A stretch of DNA of 64,000 bases from Octopus bimaculoides (Eukaryota). The stretch lies in the NCBI RefSeq assembly GCF_001194135.2, contig NC_068998.1:8421938-8485937 (forward strand). Direction: 5' to 3'. Under the pieces are notes generated by a model. That model was not told where the DNA came from and ran no database searches. It was given only the letters and a program-made list of their open reading frames with translations. The number at the start of each line of letters is the position of its first letter. Position 1 is the first letter of the stretch. This document shows positions 52,491 to 64,000 of the stretch, in pieces. The translations under genes and the position numbers were made by a program.

Positions 52491-52732
52491 CGACAGTAAG
52501 AGAGTGATGAGAAAGCAGTTTAGTAAAGAACAGTAGCTATCTTACTCAGATTATATCCATATTGTCTTTCCTTGCAACTAAAAATACAAGAAAGCGTAGG
52601 CACGCCAGTCAAACGAAGCAGGCTGTCTCTACGGTGTCGATCAATGTGCTAAAAATAGCAGTAATTTTACTTCAAATTACAGCGTCCATCTTAAAAAAAG
52701 GTATAATGCACATCATTATTTAGTTTACAATG

Positions 52733-52935
52733 AGGCCGCGAGATGGCACAATCGTTAGCATGCTGGACGAAATACTTAGCGATGTTTCACTCGTTGCTAC
52801 TTTCGGAGTTCAAGTTCCGCCTAGATCGACTCTGAATTTCTTTCCTTTCGGATTCGATAAATTAAGTACCAGTTGATTACTGGGGTCGATGTAAACGACT
52901 TAACTCCTCCGCCCCGCCAAATTTCAGGCCTTTCG
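52733..52935 (+). mobile_element. Family-A SINE
   Basis: AGGCCGCGAGATGGCACAATCGTTAGCATGCTGGACGAAAT...TCGATAAATTAAGTACCAGTTGATTACTGGGGTCGATGTAA. Confidence 0.8.
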
Positions 52936-53887
52936 ACTGGCATTTCCCTGTATCGTGTGACTTCTCTGTTTTGTTTTTCTATTTGTTTCAGATATTGGAC
53001 TGTGGCCATGCTGGGGCATCGCCTCGAAGTGCTTCGTTGACCAAGTCTTCGAGAGAACTTATTTTCAAGTCTAGTAGGAGTAAACAAAACGACATTTGCT
53101 GAAAAGCGATAGGGAGTCGAACAAAAAAATAATTAAAAAAACAGACACATACATAATACACACACATAAACAAACCAACACACACACACTCACACAAAAC
53201 AGACTTCCAAACAGTTTCACTTGAATCAAACTCATTCATATGGTGTTGGTCGTCCTGAGACTACAGTAAACGAAGCTAGCCAGAGATCCGACATTGTGTG
53301 TGCATTTTACGCTTAGTCACTTGAAGATTATATAGCGAAACCAAATCTAGGGTACTCTCAGCCACTTACTATATAGAAAACTTCATATATATTTACATTC
53401 AGCCAGGCAGAGAAACATTCATTTATCCAAACCTATGAAATTTCTATTCATTATTGTTTTATATGCGTTATCGTTTTTCCATTATTACAATAGTGGAAAG
53501 GATTCGGTTACAGCAATTGATATTATGGGATAAAACTCTTCCTGTTGGTACCAATTCAACCATGATATAAGAGATTGGACCTGTTTTGTGTGTGTTACTC
53601 TTGTGTAAGCTAGGATAGCTTAGTCACAGAGAGCATAATAAAATCAGCGATAGTAAAAGGCTTGAACATACAACAATGTGGTTTGCAGCCCAGCTACAAA
53701 ATATACGAATGTATTCATTTATAATTTCATGCATACATGCATTCATGCATATGTACACTGTTCTATATTTACATATATGCATATGTATGTGGGTACGTAC
53801 ATAGGAGAATACATGTTGGAAGCATGCAGGATTCATTAACGTATACATACAGAATATGAAGATCAGTCTTTATGCATACAAATTCGC

Positions 53888-53920
<33 letters not shown>

Positions 53921-54087
53921 AGAGAGAGAAAGAGAGAGATATATAAATATATATATTAATATATAGAAAGATATAAATGTACATATGGGTGTGGGTGCCA
54001 TGTGTGTATTAGTGTGGGGATGTGCGGGTGTATGTATGTGATTCTCTATGTACGTGTGTATGTATATGTATACACACATATATGTAC

Positions 54088-54187
<100 letters not shown>

Positions 54188-54457
54188 ATATACATATATG
54201 CACGGAAGCACACAGGTATATTTGCATAAAAACGCACACACGCATATTCATGCATAAGCTTAGAAAATTTATACTTAAGTATGCATACGTACACATCAAA
54301 CACCGATCGATCGAGCTATCTGTCCATATATGCATCTATCAAGGAATCCAGCCACACGCACATACATACATACATACACACGTACACGAATATATGTACA
54401 CATACATACATGCTTATATGCAAGCATACCTTCATACACACGCACATACTGACATTT

Positions 54458-54495
<38 letters not shown>

Positions 54496-54505
54496 NNNNN
54501 NNNNN

Positions 54506-54541
<36 letters not shown>

Positions 54542-54834
54542 TTACACACATATATGCTATTATACAAATTTCCAGAATTCTGACCTGTGCCACATGCATG
54601 CACACAGCTATTTCTATGCACTCATGCAAATGTCAAAACATAGATTCGCAGGCACAATTTCATGCACGCATGCAAATATGCATATGTACAGGTGCATACG
54701 TGCATACATAACTAACGTGTTGGTTTTGCAGAAATTGCAACCAAAGAGAGATCTTTTTTTTTTCTATTATACTTTTCTTAAAATATTTGAGAATTGAAAA
54801 CAGAACATCATGTGTGTGCATATATATATATATA

Positions 54835-54926
<92 letters not shown>

Positions 54927-55638
54927 AATATAAATACATACATACATACATGCATAAATACATACAATCATACATACATACATATTACACAGGTAATAAG
55001 TCTATAAAAGGTTTTCACATATCCAGACGCCTGGGAAGTACATTTACCTGACAATATATCAATAACACAGAATAACTACTCACTTAACTCTCCTAATGGC
55101 TACTGTTATTGGCTATTGTTATTGGCATATTCAAAAACACTTACACCCTCCATAACAACCCCTCTGTATATAGAGGACATATAATTGATCCATTCTTTTC
55201 AACAGACCTAATGATCTACTATAAAATATATGTTACTCCTTAATTATTGAGATAGTTGTACTTGTTTTAAATATTTCACATTATAGAAGTGATATGAGGG
55301 ATATCTGTATTGAAGTTCAACTGCTAGAAACAGCAATTGAAGTTCCATTAAATCTATTTTTAAAGCAGAGTTTAAATAATAAAAGGTGTTTATACTATGT
55401 AAGTTTCACGATGTGATCATAGAACATGGATGTACGTTAGGCCGTTTGAGCTTATAAAATAATATACATTTCCAAGGTGCATATGCCTGGATGCATGTGA
55501 GATTAAATGTGATATATACGTATACACACACACATATGTATGTATATGTACATATATATATATATACTAATGCATTAATATTTTACATGAACACATATAT
55601 CTCCGTGTAGATATATAGACATACTCCTAGGCCTGTAT

Positions 55639-55686
<48 letters not shown>

Positions 55687-57065
55687 GTATATGTATATGT
55701 ATATATATATATATATGTATGATTATGGCATATATAGAAGCATTTATATCAAATACCTCCGCGAGCTATTAATGACTATATAGCAATGAATAATGATGCA
55801 CATGAGAGCAGCTGAAAACGGAAGTCACCATTGTAGAATACAGATCACTCAATACACAACTTATTCTAGAATAGAACTGTCGTTTTTTTTTTTTGTTTTT
55901 TTTTAGCATTCTATTCGTAATGTGGACATTAACTGGGTAAGCAATGCCGTTTCGATAATACTCTGCGCAAAATTGAATTAGATCGACACAACCATGAAAT
56001 GTGAATCAACTTGGTTAGAATGTTAACGAAATCAAAGTAATAAAAAAAGAATCCAAGAATCCATATACATTTATTCTGAATTGGTGATTTTTACTCGCTG
56101 TTAATTGTGAAGGTGAGAGAAAACTAATTAGGCTGTAATTCAACAACGTGAGGTATTTTAGGAATTAGTTAAAAGAATAACGTGTACTCATGTATATATA
56201 TCTTAACAGCATCTTTCTATATTCTAAATATTTGGCTGTGTATAGTGCGCACCAATATTTAGTAACTCCTAAAGTCAACAGAAAAGTTCATGATGGTATG
56301 TTCGCAAACCCATTTAAATCTAGATTGCATTCACACATGCATTCTCTACGTTTTACGATAGAAGCTAGTATGTACCTTATGGTTCTTAATTTGGAATTTT
56401 ATAGTGAAATATAATTTCATATGATGTTAATTGGACAATGTTTACTTGAGAGGAATAAATACTGGATGGCCCCATCTAGGTTTCTATGTTCTGGTAAGTA
56501 TATTGAGTGTATATTGTTGTAACTGACATATATTTAAAGCCATAGACTTGAAATTCAATGAGTACATGTTAATCGGCTTCAAGAGATTTCAAGAAGGAAA
56601 TGCTAGCAATCTAGTCTGATGAGATCTGTTATCTGTCCATACTGAACGACTGCCATCATTGAGATTTTGATATCATTATTGTCACCATCGCTATTCTCAT
56701 TTCGCTAATCATCATCATCATTTTGTACATATTTGTATATTTCTAGCAAGACATCGGTCCAGAGAAACATTCTCTGAAGCGTAAAGATTGGATTATTTAA
56801 AATTTGCATTTGAGAATTGCATACAAGAAAGTTGGATAATAATATTCCAATTTCTCGGGTATAATGATGATGATGATGAACATGATGACGATGATGATGA
56901 TACTCCTGATGGTGCTCGAAAAATAAGGGGTGTTACCTAAGTTCACTGGGAGTATATACATATACACAGCAGCGATATATGCCTCAGAGAGACAGAGAGA
57001 GAGAGAGGGGGCAGAGGGAGAGGAAGATAAAAGCAAAAATTTCTCTGGCCCTCTCTGTCTCTCAA

Positions 57066-57190
57066 TGTCGACTTTGCGTTTCATCCTTTCGGGGGTCGAT
57101 AAATTAAGCATCAGTTGTGTACTGGGATCGATCGAATCGACTGGCTCTCTCCCCCAAAAATTCGGGCCTTGTTCCTAAAGTAGAAAAGAA
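57066..57190 (+). mobile_element. Family-A SINE, 3' half
   Basis: GTCGACTTTGCGTTTCATCCTTTCGGGGGTCGATAAATTAAG...CAAAAATTCGGGCCTTGTTCCTAAAGTAGAAAAGAA. Confidence 0.85.
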
Positions 57191-57246
57191 TATATATATG
57201 CATATATATTTATAATATATACATGCAAATAGATAGATAGATAGAC

Positions 57247-57325
<79 letters not shown>

Positions 57326-58282
57326 AGCTGTTTCTTGCAAATTAGGGAAGAAGTATTAGAGAAGGAAATAACCAATATGTACTATAATAGCAGAATCTTT
57401 AAAATCTGATATTAGAATCTGATTTTGCAAGTCCATTTGAATGAAACCCGTATGAGAAGCAGAAAATAGGAACATTATGGTATTAATGTATTTCGATATG
57501 CATTATAAACACGTATACACGGCGATAAACATAGGTACACTTAAATACGGTATAAATATATACATACTTACTGATACATAACTATGTATGTCTTTATATA
57601 TTGATATGGATGTATTTGTGTGTTTGTGTGCGTGAATATTTGTATATATGTGCGTTAATATATGTATATGTGTGCGTGAATATATGTATATGTGTGCGTG
57701 AGTATATGTATGAGTGTGTATATTCCTACGCTTTACATATATAGAAATATGTCTATATAAAGGCTTACATTCAAACACACACGCGCCAGGATGTGGCCTT
57801 ATGTTTCGAAACATGTTCACACGTGTGTAATTTATGTATGTACTTAAGTACGTAGGTACCAATATATATGTGTGTGCGTGTGTGTGTGTGTTCGCGTGTG
57901 TGTCCGCGCGTGTGTGTGAGTACACATATATTCAGATGTTTATAGATACATACATATATATATACACATATATATATACATATATATACGTATATATACG
58001 TTTATATACGTTTATATGTATATACGTTTATATGTACATATATATACGTATATACGTTTATATGCATATATATATATATATATATGTATGTATAGNNNNN
58101 NNNNNNNNNNNNNNNNNNNNNNNNNNNNNNNNNNNNNNNNNNNNNNNNNNNNNNNNNNNNNNNNNNNNNNNNNNNNNNNNNNNNNNNNNNNNNNNNNNNN
58201 NNNNNNNNNNNNNNNNNNNNNNNNNNNNNNNNNNNNNNNNNNNNNGTGTAATTTATGTATGTACTTAAGTACGTAGGTACCA

Positions 58283-58316
<34 letters not shown>

Positions 58317-61300
58317 CTGTGTGTCTGTGTGTGTGTGTGTGTGTTCGCGTGTGTGTCCGCGCGTGTGTCCGAGTACACATATATTCAGATGTTTATAGAT
58401 ACATACATATATATACACATATATATACATATATATACGTTTATATACGTTTATATGTATATACGTTTATATGTATATACGTTTATATGTACATATATAT
58501 ACGTATATACGTTTATATGCATACGTTTATATGCATATATATATGTATGTATAGATATATATATATACATATATGTATGTATAGATATATATATATACAT
58601 ATATGTACGTATATATATATATACATATATGTACGTATATATATATATATATATACATANNNNNNNNNNTACGTACACACATACATACATATGTATGTGT
58701 CAGTTCTTACATATATACACATAGAAAAAGTCACGGGTCAGCTGTAAAGCAGTCACAGTGTTGTATGAAGGAGGAGTTATGGTTGCAAAGCTAAAAAGGT
58801 TAATGGGATTCTCTCATGGTTTACATTATGTTCTTTTCACTTCACTGATCTGTTATTTTATTCCATTTATTTTTTCATTTTATTTTCATGTAGCCATTAT
58901 TTATGTCCAGCATACACACATTTATATATAAAGCGTCAGAGATAATAGTTAGCATCAATACTATCGGCAGCGTCTTCAGCGTGAAAAACATTCACAACGA
59001 CAACATTATGAACAATAGCAGCAACAATTATTCCGCTGCTGTTACCACTACTACTACTAATAATAATAACAATGATAATATTAATAATAATAATGATAAA
59101 GAGTGCTGGAGTAAAAATTATACCGTCATCATGCGTACAGGCAGTATTAGCCAGCCGACGCGCTTCCGAAGAGGTTTCGCCACATCATTTCGTTTATGAG
59201 GTTTCTCTCACTTCCTCTCTGTCCCTGTCCTTCCCTCGCCATCACTTTATGTGTGTGTGTGTGTGTGTGTAAGTTAAAAATCATATAACTACACAAACAA
59301 ATTGAAAACAGAGACAAATGGTCGTCGAATTCTCATCATTTATTGGCAAAAGGGTCAACGTAATTTCGCGCCTTTAAACAATAATATTAATCCCTTCTAT
59401 TGGCGCCGGCAGCGGGAAGCCGCGGGAAATGTCGATCCAACGAACGAGCGATCAAACATGACAGAAATTCAACAAGCAAACAAGAAATAGAAAAATATGC
59501 AATACGGATAGTCAACATACAAACGTGAAATAAATGTGCTAGAAATAGCAACCAAATCAACCCCTTTGTATCACACCCAGCCATCTTGAAGAAGGATGAA
59601 ATGTACGTTTGCAGAAATTTAAAAAAAAGCGTCTTATAGAACTTGGAAATCTGTAAATCATAGGTCTTCTTAATAAATAGATAATATGCTCTAAACACCA
59701 TTAGCAACACCATCATCTCCCCTACCAACAACAACGATAACAAAAACAACACCAGTAACGCATCAGAAAAGCAACCACTTGCCTCCATTCTTCTGTCTCC
59801 CGTTCAGATATATTATTGCTCCGAATCTCTTTTACCATCTACGGTTTCTTTCAAGCGTTTAATCTACAAGGATTCAGACCGAATATCAATGGCACTTTAA
59901 TTTATCTCAGTATATCTAACAACTTTTTCCAAGAAACATGCAGCATCAATGCAGGAGCCTTGTGTAGAAATCAATGTAGAAAGCTTGTATTTCTTGAATA
60001 TTAAGACCAATTGTGCTGATACCTTGATCAGCTCGCCCATTTATGCTGAAGCTGCTCGTTAATCTAACGGTATTGTATAACACAGCAAGACTCGGGAAAC
60101 ATTCAAGGGCAAGCTACATATGACAAACAAAATCGAAGATGGGTGCAAAAATACTTGCGAAAACGCGATGTAATAAACCAGGAAATTCTAGTTAATTAAA
60201 TTTACACCCTTGGTGAGGAGAAAATTCATTAAGTTAATTATTGGTTAATCATTAAACTGATGATCCTTTCACATGACAAGATTGATCGCTTCTTTTCTCT
60301 GTGTGCAAAGCTCGTGTATTTGTTCTTGAGTTTCTAGCAGTTGTTTCGAGAAAGTGTTTATCAAAATGATGATGCTTTTGGTATTTCGTTATACGTAGAT
60401 AGAAGCGTGTGTCTTAGTTGTTACAGGGATTTGCTCATGAGGTTCAATTTCTGAACAATGCTAATCAATCTTGACCTGGGGCCAAATAAAGACAACAACC
60501 TTTAAGATGACATATTTATATCCCCTACTTGTAGTTAGTTAAAAATGGTCAAATTGACACAGTAGATAGACAGAAAAGTGAGAGAAATAGCTGAGGCAAA
60601 AACCGAAAATCTATGCAACGAATGACAGCAATAGAAATAGAATACGGTTATAATATTCATGATGATGGCAATGATAAATATGATGATGATAAGACGATAA
60701 CAACAATGATGGGCATATTTTTCATGTATCACTCCCATACTCTATCTGGTAAAATTGAGATTGAATTGTCTTCCATACTTTTCGCTCTCATTGTAATGTC
60801 CATAAAGTGCCAGTGCCAAAGAAAGTCATGCAATTCTTTGACAATTTCCATTCTCGACATAGCTGATTAGGTTGCCAGTCACTCAAATTGTAAATGAATA
60901 CATGCATTCATATATGCAAAGTATGAACATTGAAATGTAATGTATATATTGCGCGCATAATTTTTCAAGAGGCATGAGAAAGAAAGCAAAAATCAAGAAT
61001 ATAACATGACATATATCATGTCATTGAAGTGGATCAGAAAGACGATATGTCAGGAGATTTTTGGCTTCACAAAATTCTAAAAGTATTGGCTAATGTTTCC
61101 ATGCAAAGAAAAATTTATTGAATGTGTTGAAAAGCATTCTCAAGTTTTGATAGAGGAACCAAAACAGTATATCCGTTTGCGGTAAGAAGCGAAGTATTGA
61201 GTTACCGAAAAATAATCTAGTTAGCATAAGGCTGTGGTCAGTGCGATGAATGGACTGTTTTGTTAGGGTAGCCTGGGAAAGATAGAATTGCGATGACAAA

Positions 61301-61377
61301 TACAGATTATACAAATAGAAAAAGACCTTCTGTTTGTATTCCTTCTCATTTTAATATCTTAATACTCAGAGCTGCTT

Positions 61378-61457
61378 CACTCCTGAAGCAGGACACTCCT
61401 GAAGCAGGACACTCCTGAAGCAGGACACTCCTGAAGCAGGACACTCCTGAAGCAGGA
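61378..61457. repeat. Five perfect tandem copies of the 16-mer CACTCCTGAAGCAGGA
   Basis: Counted directly. There are no spacers, and each unit holds a TCCTG-AAG-CAGGA hairpin. Confidence 0.95.
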
Positions 61458-61700
61458 CACCCTCCTTGGACTCCGTCCACAGCTGTCTGTCTTTGGCCAG
61501 TCATGGTCATGTAGGCTGGCTTGGTGAACAGGCTACATTCCTACTTATCTGAAGACTAGTCCGTTGCAGGTTTACCAATTTACATGTAAGTGGACTGGAG
61601 CAACGTGAAATGCAGAATTTTGCTCAAGAATACAACGCGCAGCCGATCTAGGAATTGAACCAACGATCTCCTGATCGTGAGTGCAATACTCCTGACCGCC
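61458..61700 (-). mobile_element. Family-D SINE whose tail abuts the 16-mer array
   Basis: GTGGACTGGAGCAACGTGAAATG...TTTTGCTCAAGAATACAACGC is the reverse complement of the 38635-38680 body. Confidence 0.7.
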
Positions 61701-62020
61701 AGACTTCATGTCTCACAACTTCAGTAATATCGTTGGGAAAATGTTTTGTGTTCTTTATGTTGCCCCATCACCGTGGAAATATGAGTATCACATTGTATAA
61801 ATATTAGATTTGAATATAAGAGGAGAGGTTCTTGATTTGATTGTATTAATCACCTTCTATTGGTCAGAGATCACTTGTGGCTATACAACAACAACGATAT
61901 TGCACCAACGAGGAAGCCTCTACATGTACGTAGTGATATGCTAAAGTAAATGTCACATGGAAACCTCATGTCACAAGTCACAATATTTACAAAATAACAT
62001 AGGCCACATTATATGATATT

Positions 62021-62327
62021 ATTATTTATGCACCTTTTAAAGCTTAGCCAGGCTCATGGGCCCGGTTTCCCGCTTTCTATGGCGTATGTGTTCCCCCAGC
62101 TGGACGGGACGCCAGTCCATCGCAGCGTTACTCAAGAAACAGGAAGAAAGAGTGAGAGAAAGTTGGGATGAAAGAGTACAACAGGGGTCGCCACCACCCA
62201 CTGCCAGAGACTCGTGGAGCTTTAGGTGTTTTCGCTCAATAAACACTCACAACGCCCGGTCTGGGAACTGAAACCGCGATCCTCCGACCGCGAGTCCGCT
62301 GCCTTAACCACTGGGCCATTGCGCCTC
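62021..62327 (-). mobile_element. tRNA-derived SINE, head C + tail 1, full length
   Basis: Minus strand reads GAGGCGCAATGGCCCAGTGGTTAAGGCAGCGGACTCGCGGTCGGAGGATCGCGGTTTC..., then tail GTAACGCTGCGATGGACTGGCGTCCCGTCCAGCTGGGGGAACACATACGCC. Confidence 0.9.
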
Positions 62328-63364
62328 TATCATTATTTGACTACTTGCCATAAACAATGAATGTAAATGAAGATGGGATGGTCACGGCTGGAATGACCAT
62401 TGACTCTGATCATTACTCATCGTAATGAACTTCCTGCGTGTGCTAAACAGCAAGAACAGCATCACTAATTCGTTATTTCTATATTTCACAAATTGAAGGC
62501 AATGATGTTTATGCAAGTAGGCATTTAAGCCATACGTCATTTTCTAATTACCTGAGAAGTATAAAGGAATCTCAGGTATTGAATGTTACTAACCATTTTC
62601 TGTTTATTTTATCTGCTCCTCTTCCCCCTCCTTGGTACTTTTTATGACTTTCTTTCACTTAACACACGTGAGAAATATTGGAAACATACGAGTCAGTTAT
62701 GATTTAAGTTGCTGGGTGTTATGAATGCTATGGAAACGAAAACGTTTTAGATTATGGCGAATAGGCCTTTACTTCACATACGAACACATGCGTTCACTCT
62801 GAAACACACGTACACTAATAATAATATATTGAATTCTTTACAGGTGTTTATATATGGCTGTCTTTACAATCGGAAGCAGCTGATTTGAACAGACACAAGC
62901 AAATGCAATAAGAATACTGCAATATGATACGACCAATTCCATTTTATCATGATGGCTAAGAGCCTTTGTCCATTGGTAAAATAACACAAAGTAAAGTGCA
63001 GTAGTAGCATACACTTGTAAAGCTGTTTGTAAATTCATTCAGCTAGTTATATCTAATATAACGTTATTATAAATTATTACTAAATCCAATGTTAATATTT
63101 TTGCTGAGAGTTGAAACATTGTTGGATCAATTTCTAACTTCTATGCTACTTTTATTCTATTATTTTCCTTGTTTTATTAATACTTAGAAATATGGAAGGT
63201 AACGTAGTTTACAAATGCAGGAAATTTTTATCTTAAAACACTGAGATTAAGTAGCTGAAATACAAAGACATAAAACAAACCGTGTCGTATTTCCACTTAT
63301 GTTTTCATTTATTTATTGTAAGAATATTTCCAAGATTTAATTTCTGCTGTTATTGCGAATGATT

Positions 63365-63735
63365 TTGCGTTGTTGTTGTTGTTGTTCTTCTTCTTCTTCT
63401 TCTTATTATTATTATTATTATTCCTCTTCATCTTTTTCTTAGATTTCTTCTTCTCGTTCACCTTCACCTTCTTTTTCCTCTTCTTCACTCTTGTACTTCT
63501 TTTTTTATTTTTCTCCTCCTTCTTCCACGTCTTCCACTTCTTCCCCTTCTTTACTTTCTTCCTTTTCTTCGCCTTCTTCACCTTCTCTTTCTTCTTCTTC
63601 TTCTCCTACTTCTTCATTTTCTCCGCCTTCTCTTCTTTTTCTTCACCTTCTGCACCTTCCTTTTTCTTTGCCTTATCTTCTTCACCTCTTTCGTTTCTTT
63701 TTCTTCTTCACTTTCTTCTTCTTCTTCTTGATGTC
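63365..63735. repeat. Polypyrimidine low-complexity tract, (TTC)-rich
   Basis: (GTT)n, then (TTC)n, then (ATT)n, then ~300 nt that is mostly C/T on the + strand. Confidence 0.9.
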
Positions 63736-64000
63736 GTTCCTGTATAGCCAAATGTCGACCTTACTTGAACAAAAGTAATCTATCCATGACTATCTAGAAA
63801 TATCCAAAATATTATTAATAACTGTGTCCGTCATTATTAAACGAAATCGTGTTTGATTCGAGGAAGATTTGTTTGTTATTTCTAGCGAGTTGACCAAACA
63901 TCACTGAGGGATTCCACCCTAGGCCTACGGCACATTGTCATTTTTAGAAAAGATCGAGGAAGGCGACCTAGAAATGGTTCGCATGTTAAACATGCCACGA

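Noticed and set aside
57823-58500. ~270-bp tandem duplication either side of the 58096-58245 gap
   Set aside because: The copies differ mainly in microsatellite length and flank a gap, so they are most likely two haplotypes assembled in tandem.
61378-61457. CRISPR-like array
   Set aside because: The repeats are contiguous with no spacers, there are no cas genes, and the context is eukaryotic.
63309-63778. K-rich and F/S-rich ORFs
   Set aside because: They are by-products of the polypyrimidine triplet tract.

Overview
AT-rich, microsatellite-dense animal genomic DNA from a gapped assembly; most N-gaps sit in (TA)n tracts. The SINE families and repeat landscape look like an octopus (coleoid cephalopod) genome, which is an inference from recalled repeat sequences and not a database result. 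I find no recognisable host protein-coding exon, rRNA, true tRNA or CRISPR array, so the window looks intergenic or deep intronic. It contains decayed transposons: a mariner transposase, a maT/DD37D-like Tc1-mariner transposase, CR1/L2-type LINE RT fragments, an R4/Dong-like endonuclease fragment and an RTE-like 5' UTR. It also holds more than 25 copies of several tRNA-derived SINE families, several fold-back palindromes and local duplications, and a few unique CpG-richer islands that may be regulatory or UTR sequence. The most notable structure is at 6093-6486: a tRNA-Arg-like Pol III head enclosed by ~155-bp inverted arms, each arm carrying a minimal Penelope-type hammerhead ribozyme motif. 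Two further unrelated hammerhead-bearing repeat families occur at ~1.15 kb and at ~12.3/18.3 kb. Repeat boundaries were read by eye and are approximate.
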